DNA from: Asterionella formosa | Taxonomy: Eukaryota | Assembly: GCA_002256025.1 (NCBI GenBank) | Contig: NKIB01013380.1 | Span: forward strand, 1 to 58,676 | Direction: 5' to 3' | DNA: 58,676 nt | Part shown: positions 36,997-47,667 of the stretch, piece by piece | How positions within the stretch are numbered: the first letter of the stretch is position 1 | How the letters are laid out: each line of letters starts with the position of its first letter | Position numbers and translations under genes: made by a program | Notes under the pieces: model-generated | Told to the model about the DNA's origin: nothing | Seen by the model: only the letters and a program-made list of their open reading frames with translations | The model's database searches: none

Positions 36997-38604
36997 ATGA
37001 AGTTTGCATCAAGTGTTGTCCTCTATGCTGCAGCTACGCTGTTGGCATTAGATAATTTTGCCTTCGCTGATACTGAGGGAAACACAAAACCTTTCAGTGA
37101 TGTTACCAAGAATGACGAAACAGCAGCACATGCCATTGTTCAGGAGGATTCAATTTATTGGTCTAGGTTCCTTGCAGATCCCACCTACTCTCTGCCACCT
37201 CCAACTAAACCCCCGAAATGCCTTATTGACGTAAGTGGAATCGATTGATAAACTTTGACTGGTGTTATTGTGTTCAAAGAAATTATTTTGTCGCATCGTT
37301 ATCAGGACACTTACATGAATCTTTCCTTTGCATCCTTGTAGGTCCAAATCATGTGTATTGCTGCTAGTTCCGGTATGCCATGTGATACACTTATGGGGGC
37401 ACTAACAGACTGTAACCAAGAGGTCACATACACTTATTCCTTCATTAACGTCGGCACCGAGGCTATGACTATCACTGTTGCGGACCTTACACGCCCTGGG
37501 GAAGCTACAGTAGACTTCCTTCCTGAACTCCCAATAACCGTCTTGTTCCCGGGTGCAAACACATCCGTTGCGGAGACAGCAATTATTGATATTTGCGTAG
37601 CGGACTCTTATAAAACTACCCTTTATGGTGAAGCCAGTCCCTCTGGAGGCCTCCCTTGCTATGATTTGGCCATATACGAGTTCTCGATTACCCCTCCAAC
37701 AACCGCACCCCCAACACCTCCTCCAACACCTATTCCTCCTCCTCCCACTCCTGCACCCACTCCTGACACATGTGTTGTCACCGTTAATACGACATGTAAT
37801 TATGGAAACGCAACTTGTGACAATATCCCTCCCCCAATCACGCAATGCCTCCAGCGTCCAAATGAGCTCTACTTCAAATACAATGGAGGAGACTGCAGCC
37901 AAAGTTTCAATCTTCAACCAGCCACTCTCTTCCAGTGCTTCGATTACAATGGAGCCCCACCAACGGCAGAAGGCGAACTTAGCTATCTCATTGCCACAGA
38001 CATCAAGGGACTTGGAATTATCTACTTTGAAGGCTATGTTGGTGTCGGCGACGTTTTCCTTCTCGATGACGGCGACAACCGTGTTGATGCCAACATGAAT
38101 GTCACCATCTACAAGGACGAGTCTGTTGGATTTGACAATTTCTTACAGAGCATCGTCTACCACAGTTCGTGCTCTCGCAACTTGTTCTTGAAGGACAGGT
38201 ACGGATCTATTCAGGTGGTCGGCTTCGTCAATGATCTTCAAGGAAACGTGTCGTGCTTTGCCAACGTCGTATTCAACGTTGTCATTTCCAACACGGGAGA
38301 CTTTGATGCCCAATTCATCAGTCTCGTCACTACTACCAATATTGGAACATTCAACTTGACTCAGGATGTCATCGACAGTGGTGTTGGTCCAGGCGAACAG
38401 TTCATTACCGAGGTGCCAATTTTTATTGATCTTTCCCAGCAAATTAACTACACTGTCGTCACAACTCTTGTTGGATCGACCCCATCGTCAGGTGTACTTT
38501 GCTCTTCCACTGATGAGTTGACGTTTACTGCTGGACAACCTCCCAACCCTGAGTTGCCTACACTCAACCCAACCATGTCACCTACTACTGCTCCTGCCAT
38601 TTAA
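36997..38604 (+). CDS. Secreted Cys-containing, Pro/Thr-rich extracellular protein (498 aa); exons 36997..37230, 37342..38604
   Basis: Signal peptide, RFL motif, PPT/PAPTP linkers, beta-rich Cys domains (FKYNGGDCSQSFN, YHSSCSRNLFLKDRYGS), PTMSPT tail; 111-bp GT-AG intron. Confidence 0.88.
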
Positions 38605-39402
38605 TTTTTCTGTAGAAAGAAACAAGCCATTGCATGCATACATGTTATCCTTCTCCTCGCCTACTGTACCAGACGACCCCCCTTGCCATTTTGGAGGTTG
38701 TGTCTCTCAGTATTTGACAGTATTAAGCAATCCAAAAAGGCAAATTTCCCACACACATTGAATAGCCAGTCTCTTCCTTTAGTAAATATTTATAATATAA
38801 ATACTTTTATAACTTAAAATTATTACAAACATCATAATCTAAATAATTGTAGGTATATCAAGTCTTTTTGAAAAATTGTATTGTATACAAGGAAAGTGAT
38901 TATGAAGCAAATCAAGGATTTTCTAACAGATTAAAAATCAAAGAAATGGCTGATGGTTCTTTCCACCTCCAAAATCACCATGGCACTGTGGTTCTATATA
39001 CATAATTATAATTGTCACAGACATGAATCAACCTTCAATCTATGCATACATAAGATGGTGTGCTAAAGACTACCGGTACCTGGTACCAAGGGTACCATGG
39101 TAGTCTATGGGAAATAATGGAGATGCATCTATTATAATGGTATTTCTTATTAGGGATTGAATCGCTTGGGAGTATGTAGCTAGACTACCGGTATCATTTT
39201 ATCCACATCATTCCATCTTTTATTGGACTGTATGCATACCTTGTGTACCTGGTACCAGGTACCAGGTACCGGCAGGAACTTTTAAATGTGTGCTGTTAAT
39301 GCACCGTGTTCTGGCTGTTATATATCGATCGACTCTATATAGCAGTACCGGTATGTACCTTATAATACATTCCTCCAAGAACAGACAGGGCCAATTAATT
39401 CA

Positions 39403-42120
39403 ATGACTTCAAATTCATGGATCGTGATTCTAGGCAGCTGCTTGGCTTTCTTGGTTTTGTTGGCGCTGTTGTTCCAAGGCGACACCGACCGCATCATCAC
39501 ATTCCAGCAACGAGCCGGAACTGTCCGCAATCAGCTACGAAAGCGCACTGGCCATCACCGCATCGCAGTCCTCCTCCCTTTGGCAGGTGATGAGATTCCT
39601 CCCTACTTGTCACTCTTTTGCCAAACCGTCCGAGGGTCTGCGGCCTTGGTGGACTTTTTCGTGATCCACGACGGAGTGCTGAATGCCTACACGGAACCGC
39701 TACCGGAAAATGTCTGTTTCATCAATATGGAATCGACACGTGGATTGGCCGAGCGATTGGTCCGAGTGGCACCTGAAAGTAGGAGATCCGACTCCTCCTT
39801 GACCGCAATGCTCACGCAACTATTGCAACACTACCCATACATCTTGGTGGAATTCAAACCGGCTCTGGGGTACATTTTTCAACAAGAAATAAAGGGATAC
39901 TCGCATTGGGCGTATTCAGATTTGGACATGGCCTTTGGAGATCTGCCACGGTGGATCACTCAGGATGAGCTCAATGACTTTGATATTGTCACCTACGGAT
40001 ATGGAGATCAAGACAGAGTGTATCTGAGGGGACAATTCACAATTCATAAAAACACGGACAGAGTGAACCAATTGTGGAGGGGGTGTGACTATTTATCCAA
40101 TATGAAAGATCGATACGAACAAGTTAGTGCAGGCAAGGAGAAATTGAAATTTGAATCTGCAGAAGGATGCTATTCTGTTGCAGTCATGCAACAGAAGGAC
40201 ATTCGAGTCAAATATGCAGTCAAGGCATTTACCGATGTCAAGGACACGGACACGGCATATAAACATGGCTTATATATTGGAATTGGGCAGCATCGAGATC
40301 GATCGGTTATTTATAAGGCAGCTTCGGAGCGACAAGGGCGAGGTTTAATCAACTTGTCACCAACTTGGTTTGAAGCAAAGCATAATGTATACTCCAACCC
40401 TACAAATCCATTGCAACAACAAGTCGGGCCAAGAGTGCAAGTTCAACTACACACTGACACTAATGTCAAGTGCATGTATTGGGTTCAAGAAAAATACCAG
40501 TCGCAACTGTGCGTAAAGGGTGTCGAATCCACCGATACTGTGTATTGGATCAATGGAACGTTGTACAAACAAAGCTACGTAAACATGGAGCTTCCTGGAG
40601 AGATCGTTTCTGCACCCTTCTTTCATTTTCAGGAATGGAAACGGTATTATCGAGCCACTCAACTATCAACGGTGGATCGAACACGGCAGTCGATCACATG
40701 GATCTTGACAAAGGAAGGTGCCATTCCAGCACACCAAGCTACAGACTTACTAGTCCATCGGCGGCGCTTGTCCCCGTTAGGGGTACAGCCATTGCCGCTT
40801 CGGTGGAAGGGAGCACATCAGTCGCAGAGAGATCAACTTCCTCATCATCTTTATTGTCTTCGATCTGGACAACGTAAATTTCCGCCACGTCCTGCCGCAC
40901 CAGGGTGTGAGCGGATGATATCATGGCAAAACCAAACAATGGTTGAGATTATCAATGGTGCAATTGGTTGGAAACATGTCAACATTCAGGAAGACGTCAC
41001 GCTCGCATTGACGCTCCAGATTACTGCAATGCAAGCCTCCAACCGGCAAGCCTTGGATTCGATGCTTGAGTTGGCATATACGAATATAATTGCATGGGAA
41101 GGCCAACCCTGTGTGCTTGTAATTCATATTTCAGGTGCCACAGCCGATTCGGTTGTTGTAGTCCGAGATCATATGGTGAATCTGGATGATATTTGTCTCG
41201 TAGCACTTATTGTCCATGAGAAGGTGACCCTCGTTAGTCGAAAGGCGCTCCTGAACATGGCAGGCGATGCGGCACCCACGCGATGGGTCGTAAGTGGAGT
41301 GGAAATAGAGCGTGGTATTGCATTGTCAAGTGAAGCTGCTCTGTTTGCCAATCGGAGAACGAAAATACTTGGTAGTGACAGCAACGCAAATGTCTTGATT
41401 ATACCCCAATTCGGTATCAATGATAATGGTGAGATTGGAACAAGTATCTCCATATCCGAACTTATGGACCTTCGTACGAAGAGCTCTCCCAGCATCCTAG
41501 ACCCTGCCGAATTTGACAAAGACAGCTGTGAACAGGTATTGGACAATCCAAACGGCATATTTTCCCCGGTAAACACGCTCTGGTGGCGCGTGACCACATC
41601 AGAGATTACTGGTGTGATTGCAGACAAGGAAGATGGCATGATGAAAGCGAGTGCTCTGAATCTTGAAAACATTCAAACCGAATTCGCCACCATGCTAACT
41701 AGCGAAATGTCAGAGATCCTATCCTCTGTCGATCTGTCACCTATCTTGATGGTAGATAACATTGGACCACACCAGGGAACACGAACAGCAAGCCTGGTCA
41801 GGGAAGTGGAAGAATTTGGAGGCAAACAGTGTTATAACATTCTTCGCCTTGCTCAATTGGCAGTTCTGGGCTACACAATTGATGTACTCCCCGGCGCATT
41901 TGCCGTTTCGTCGTATTTGTCTCGAAAGGCTGCGATGGAGAGTCTCAATGAGGACACCTTGGGAGCCTCGCGATGTGATGCATGCTTCATGTTTGACGAG
42001 GCGCACAATGAAATTCTGGATGCCATCGCCCACGATGAGCGGATACGACCTGCCAAGACAGCTGTCATTTGGGATGAATTGAACTCACAGCCTGGCATGT
42101 CTAAAAGCAAGAGTGTGTAA
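39403..42120 (+). CDS. Type II membrane glycosyltransferase-like protein with two GT-A-like domains
   Basis: N-terminal TM anchor; EFKPALGYIF..YSHWAYSDLDMAFGDL (DxD); C-terminal half with GT49/LARGE-like motifs. Confidence 0.75.
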   Translation: MTSNSWIVILGSCLAFLVLLALLFQGDTDRIITFQQRAGTVRNQLRKRTGHHRIAVLLPLAGDEIPPYLSLFCQTVRGSAALVDFFVIHDGVLNAYTEPLPENVCFINMESTRGLAERLVRVAPESRRSDSSLTAMLTQLLQHYPYILVEFKPALGYIFQQEIKGYSHWAYSDLDMAFGDLPRWITQDELNDFDIVTYGYGDQDRVYLRGQFTIHKNTDRVNQLWRGCDYLSNMKDRYEQVSAGKEKLKFESAEGCYSVAVMQQKDIRVKYAVKAFTDVKDTDTAYKHGLYIGIGQHRDRSVIYKAASERQGRGLINLSPTWFEAKHNVYSNPTNPLQQQVGPRVQVQLHTDTNVKCMYWVQEKYQSQLCVKGVESTDTVYWINGTLYKQSYVNMELPGEIVSAPFFHFQEWKRYYRATQLSTVDRTRQSITWILTKEGAIPAHQATDLLVHRRRLSPLGVQPLPLRWKGAHQSQRDQLPHHLYCLRSGQRKFPPRPAAPGCERMISWQNQTMVEIINGAIGWKHVNIQEDVTLALTLQITAMQASNRQALDSMLELAYTNIIAWEGQPCVLVIHISGATADSVVVVRDHMVNLDDICLVALIVHEKVTLVSRKALLNMAGDAAPTRWVVSGVEIERGIALSSEAALFANRRTKILGSDSNANVLIIPQFGINDNGEIGTSISISELMDLRTKSSPSILDPAEFDKDSCEQVLDNPNGIFSPVNTLWWRVTTSEITGVIADKEDGMMKASALNLENIQTEFATMLTSEMSEILSSVDLSPILMVDNIGPHQGTRTASLVREVEEFGGKQCYNILRLAQLAVLGYTIDVLPGAFAVSSYLSRKAAMESLNEDTLGASRCDACFMFDEAHNEILDAIAHDERIRPAKTAVIWDELNSQPGMSKSKSV

Positions 42121-42220
42121 ATCTATGTAAAACATAAATTATAGAGTAGAAACACCTGTAGTAAAGTGCGAGCTTTTATGGTTCTATTGAGCGCTTCTCT
42201 TGATGAATTAGCCGCACAAT

Positions 42221-44517
42221 TTATTTTCGCTGAATGGGCGAGCATGACGATTCTAGCCACTGCATGGCAGGACAACCAGCTTCCAATAGAGGCCCAACTT
42301 TTCCCATTATCATCTGGTGATAAGAGTCTAACCAATCAAGCTCAGCGTCAGTCATCAGGTTGATGTCAATCAGGTTCTTTTGTATGGGAATCATTGTAAG
42401 CTTGTCAAACTTCAAAAACTTCTTCTTTGAGCTTTTCGAATGCTCGATACCATTGGCTTCGTTGTTGTGCTCTGGCTTAACGAAGCTAATCTCCAATAGA
42501 TTCTCGATACGAATACCAAAGTTACCATCCTCGTAGTATCCTGGTTCGTTGCTGACCACCATGCCTTTCTTCAGGCCTTCCTTATTGGTCCACTTTGGAC
42601 TAATTGAATGTGGCCCTTCGTGGACATTTAATGCAGCTCCAACACCATGCCCAGTTCCGTGCCCGTAGTCAACTCCAGCCTCCCATAATGCCTTTCTCGC
42701 AAAGACATCCAAGACAAAGCCAGGCGTATTTTCAGGGAAAACCATGGAATCTACTCCAATATTCCCCTTCAAAACACGTGTAAAATAATTAACAAATTCC
42801 GGGGTGGGAATTCCAAAATGCCAAGTACGTGTCACATCTGTTGTTCCATACAAATACTGCCCTCCTGAGTCAATCAAAATGGGGTTCTCCAAGTCCAGGT
42901 ACTTCAACAGGTCTGTATCTTCCTTTGCTCTGTAATGAATGATCGCTCCATTTGGTCCCACACCAGCAATAGTTGGAAAACTGGGTTCCAAGAAGCCTGG
43001 CTGTTCTGCTCGGTACCCCGTCAATTTCAAATCAATCTCTACTTCACTAACAGTGCGCCCTTGGTCAACAATCGCTTCTTGTAGCCATGCCATGAATTTT
43101 GCCATGGCTGCTCCATCTACAATGTGAGCCTTTCGCATCCCTTCAAGTTCTGCTTCATTTTTGCATGCCTTCATGGGTGTAATGGCATTCTGTGAATCCA
43201 CGAGGGACTGTTCAGGAACAATACTACTGAGAGCAAAGTTGGCTCTCGATTTGTCCATCCACACCTTGTGTTCAGGATTCTGTACATGTGCTTGAATGTC
43301 TCCAACAATATCGCCATATGGTTTGACAATAATATCCTTCAAGTGTTCTTTCATTTCTTTGGATTCCACCTTGATCAAATCACAATATAGCGTTACTTCG
43401 TCTTGTCCCACTGTCGCATATGCGATTCCAACTGGACACGTTTCGACATCACCCATGGCCCGAACATTCAACAAGTATGCAACATCATCCAAGGTGCAGA
43501 AAATGGCCAAGGTTGCCTTTTTTGTCTCCATTTCTTGACGTACTTTTGTAATCTTGTCACTGATCGACATTCCTGCATATTCCAAAGGATGAATTCGAAA
43601 GGGAGATGTAGGGATGGGTGGTCGATCCTTTCCCCAAATGGGGTCAATGAGATTTGAATTCGACGTATCAATTTCGCCAATCGGCTTGTCGGAAGCCGCC
43701 ACCATCACAAAGGCATCGTGCAGGTCCTTGGCAAATGTGGCAGGATGTACGTATGGGTCCATTCCAACCCTGAGGGGTTTGCCAGTATCCGTGAAATGGT
43801 CAGTGGCAAGGTCAGTAAGATATTTGGTAATGGTCGATACGTTTGGTTGACCGTCCTTCATGAGTTTCCAATATTTGTCATCCAGTTGTAAATTGGCCTC
43901 ATTAAAGTATCTAATAAAAGAGAGCGAGCAATTGATAGAGAGCAGAGATTTGAATGAGTAACTGAAGTGTTAAAAGTGTAACTGTAGAGTACATAAAAAT
44001 GATGCAGTTTGCAGATAACATGCTGAAACAGTCATGTCAAAGCTCAACTTAACTACACTCACCTCGAGTCAGTCCACAACAAGGCTTCGTCTTTGGTAAC
44101 GACAGCAGTTCCAGCACTTCCACTAAAGCCCGTCAAGAATGCCCGACGCTTATAGGCATCTGGGGTGTACTCGGAAAGATGAGGATCGTCACTGGGAATA
44201 AGGTACACGTCCAAGTTCTTTTCTGCTAACGATGCTCTCAGTGCTTCAAGCTTGGGACCTGCTGCTTCTGATGCTGCCGGCATTGTCGAAGTAGTCGTTG
44301 TCGTCGTCGTTGAAAACAGCAAGGTGCCACCACCACTGCCTCCTCGAGGAAGAAGAAAGGAATGCGTGGCAATTCTGTTATTGTTGTTAAAATTGCTTGA
44401 TGCTTTGAAAGAAAATTGCGATGAAAAAGCCCGACTTTGCGTATTCGACGATACTATCAACAAGGCAGTAGCAGCAAAATGGTTTCGAAGCGATGGCATA
44501 CCGAAGGCCAAGACCAT
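42221..44517 (-). CDS. Xaa-Pro aminopeptidase (aminopeptidase P, M24B) with targeting extension; exons ~44517..44063, 43910..42221
   Basis: DPHLSEY, TGFSGSAG, LWTDSRY, LIDSGGQY.GTTDVTRT, HGTGHGVG, HEGP, SNEPGYY, GIRIEN; 152-bp intron; start codon uncertain (44517 or 44499). Confidence 0.93.
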
Positions 44518-44847
44518 GGATAAAAAGGCAACTTGGACAACAAAACGTTTCGTTTCGTGTGAATGATTGTGAGCGACAAACGGACGAACGAAATGACAAT
44601 GAATCAGTTGAGTGAAGTATCGTCTCTGCATGCAGTGTTGATTCTTCGCCCTTATGTTCGGCTGTGCACTCCTGCTGCATTTTGATAAACATATGTATAT
44701 AACGGTATTCATTTCCGTCTCTTTTTATATATCAGACCATATCAATAAATACCGGTACCTGGTACCAGGTACCAGTAGTCGTGTAACTTTTCTGGGCAGC
44801 CCTACCAGTACTGCCGGTAATTAACTACCTGGTACTGGTATGTACTA

Positions 44848-44948
44848 CACCTGCAAGTTGCGGTCATTTTGCTTAAAAAAACCAATTTAATATGGGATAA
44901 AAACAGCTAAGCTTTTAGTTTCAGTATAATTACCGCCACTTGCTGGTG
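44848..44948. mobile_element. 101-bp MITE with 17-bp TIRs and TA flanks
   Basis: TA|CACCTGCAAGTTGCGGT...ACCGCCACTTGCTGGTG|TA (15/17 match); homologues at 15.2 and 32.5 kb. Confidence 0.85.
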
Positions 44949-44963
44949 TACCAGGTACTACGA

Positions 44964-47462
44964 AGGGCAGAATGCCCTATTATCATTAAGAAACATGGAC
45001 GACTTTCCAAAAGGGTAAGAAGAAAAGAAATGCTGCAACTGTGCACCCAAATATATTAAGAAGCGTGGCACATAAAACCAGCCTAATCATTGTTGGTACT
45101 ACCTGGTTCCATCTATGCCTTCAACAGGTGCCACATTTCTGCACCTACACAATGCCAAGTTGCTTTTAGTGATGGTGTTGCTGCAGACAGTCTCATTCAT
45201 GTACTTGCAAAGGATGAAGTTGCCAAGCTCCCTGTTCAACGAAACAAGCAAAGAAAATATGGAAGCAATGAGTTTGAAAACACTTCCAAACAAACAATGG
45301 TTGAAGCTCTTTTTGAATTTTCAAAAGCAAATGAATGCCATAAACAAATGACACTTGCCTCTCAAAGTTATAATACAGAATTAGCACAAGCTTCTCTTGC
45401 TGTAACACGAGAGAAGGAACCAATGAATGTTGTAAGTATGTACCACAAAAAGTTAAAGGAAGCTTGGGTTGAAATAGCAAGCAATGAATGGTCACAAAAA
45501 TGTGATGGTAATGAGTATCAAGAGAAAGTCAGTTTTGTTTCATTTTTTGAAGCCAGGATTTTGAAGCATTGGATGCTCTGTAGCTCTCATACAAGCAGCT
45601 GAGGGTGCATCTAAACATTAAGTTAGCAAGTATATTTCTACTTTTCGTTTTCCAGTTTTTGTTTTTATTGATCCTATTCCAGTAGCTTCATGTCGTTGGT
45701 GCAGCACATTAGCTGGAGGTCGGCTAAACCCATTGTTAATGATAACATAATGAATAATTTGTCGAATTTGTGAAGTACCTTGTACTACATCCAATTCCCT
45801 GAAAGTTGGAAGATATTCCCACCCAAGAGGAGCATTGGGCAATGCATCAACAAACTCCAGCTTAGTCAGAAATTCAAAACCATTAGCAAATTCCTTCTTT
45901 TTATAATTATCCATGAGTAAACAAAAATTGTCTAAGCGGGCAGAAGCAGAAAGAATACCAAATGATTTCTTCAGGCTGAACGACAAGGATGTCCTCAGGA
46001 TCCTCCATTTATTGGTGAGCAACCCAAATGTCATCTCAGTTCTAATACGTAGTTGCAGCAAAAGGGAATAGTTATTTGAATCTTTGTTTGTCGATTCTCT
46101 TTGACTTCCAACAAAGGGAGGACAGAGGACTTGATCAGTAAACATGTAAGCAGCATCACCTACTAAGTATTGTCCTGGACAAAGGTTGTATATAATCTGA
46201 AAAGCTGTCTCCTTTCAAATGCTGTCTGATCTGAACATTTTCCCGGTGCCACGACAGCAATGTATAGGAAGCTACAATTACTGTCACAAACGGCTTGGAC
46301 ATTTAATCCACATGGCATATAATGCCCAAACTAACATGCTTGAGGGAAGCCATTACAATTACTTTTTCTTGGTTTGGTGATAGGCTATAAATATCCATCT
46401 ATAGCACAAATGCATTTGCGAAAAAGTTGCGGCTCCCTTTTTTCAAGAAAATTGTCAATTAAATCTTATTGTACGTTAAAGCTATCCAAGAATCGTACTT
46501 GCGCCCATATAAATGGACAAAATTAGTACTGGTTTTATTCATCCATATGATGGTACAATGGGACCTGTCTTGTTGTCAGTCAAACCCCTGGAACCCTAGG
46601 GACACACTACATAAAAGAACAACAGATGATGGAGAATGCAGGAATTGATTTTGCCACTTCATGAAATATGCTAGACCACTAAGCCATTCCCCTCTCTTTT
46701 TCCAAGAAACCCATTCATCACTGCTTGTTTCTCTCTGTTTGTTGCTTGGAATATAATTGATATTGCTGGGCAGGAGTTCACAGCATCAAGGAACGTTTGA
46801 GTGATTGCATGGACAAGAAACTCCAAAGACATCATAGCAAATGTCTATGAGGTTTCCGCCTGCAACCCAGCAAAGGCTAATGGCAAGGATCAACTCAGGA
46901 TAAATATGCCGATTTGTTCTGAATAAACCGGAACTTACATTGGATTTGACAGCATCAATTGTAATGGAAAATTGAAATAGTTCCTGAAGGCAATTGAAAG
47001 CTTGAATGGACATGCAATATTCATGATGAAACCGATTCTCATGGAGAAGCTTTGTGACATCATGGCTGATCATTCCAGTCAATTCATTGATGCCCATCAC
47101 TGGCTTTGAGTTTCATCCATTGGATTCCAAACATGATAAGGCAACTGCTGCAAGTAACACAAAGCTCTGTTGGTAATGTATTTCCTGTTCTGAATCAAGA
47201 GTGTCAATGACAGCCCAACTGTCTGGTTCTTCCATTCGATTTTTCATTCTCATTTGAGTAATGATGGTTGTCAAACAGTTTGTAAAATTGAAGTGTACAT
47301 CACTATATTGTGCTGATGCAGATGTTTGCGGAGACACGAAAAAATGGCTAACTGTTTTGCCATTACTGAGATATATTTGTGAAATGTATCTCTGTAAAGA
47401 TTCATTTTTTTCTGAGTATTTTAAAAAAAACATCATTTTGTATCTCTGTTAAGACCTGCCCT
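44964..47462 (-). mobile_element. Degenerate PIF/Harbinger DNA transposon
   Basis: Minus-strand fragments PELILAISLCWVAGG, CICAIDG, GLNVQAVCDS, YLVGDAAY, QLRIRTEMTFGLLTNKWRIL with stops and frameshifts; convergent plus-strand ORF remnant 45090-45602; candidate short ends AGGGCAG/CTGCCCT (weak). Confidence 0.85.
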
Positions 47463-47667
47463 ACTTTTTTTAAGTCCTAAGTATGTACTTCGCGAGGCGA
47501 GCAATGGCTATCATATACCCCAGTAATAAGGACCAATGCAGATCCAACCATTTGTCCAACACTATCAAACAAAGCATTCCAGTGTGATGCATTTTATCAT
47601 GTAATCTTAAGTCATCGTCTTTTTATTACTCACACCTCTCAAGTTACTGGAAATCAAACATTTTCCT

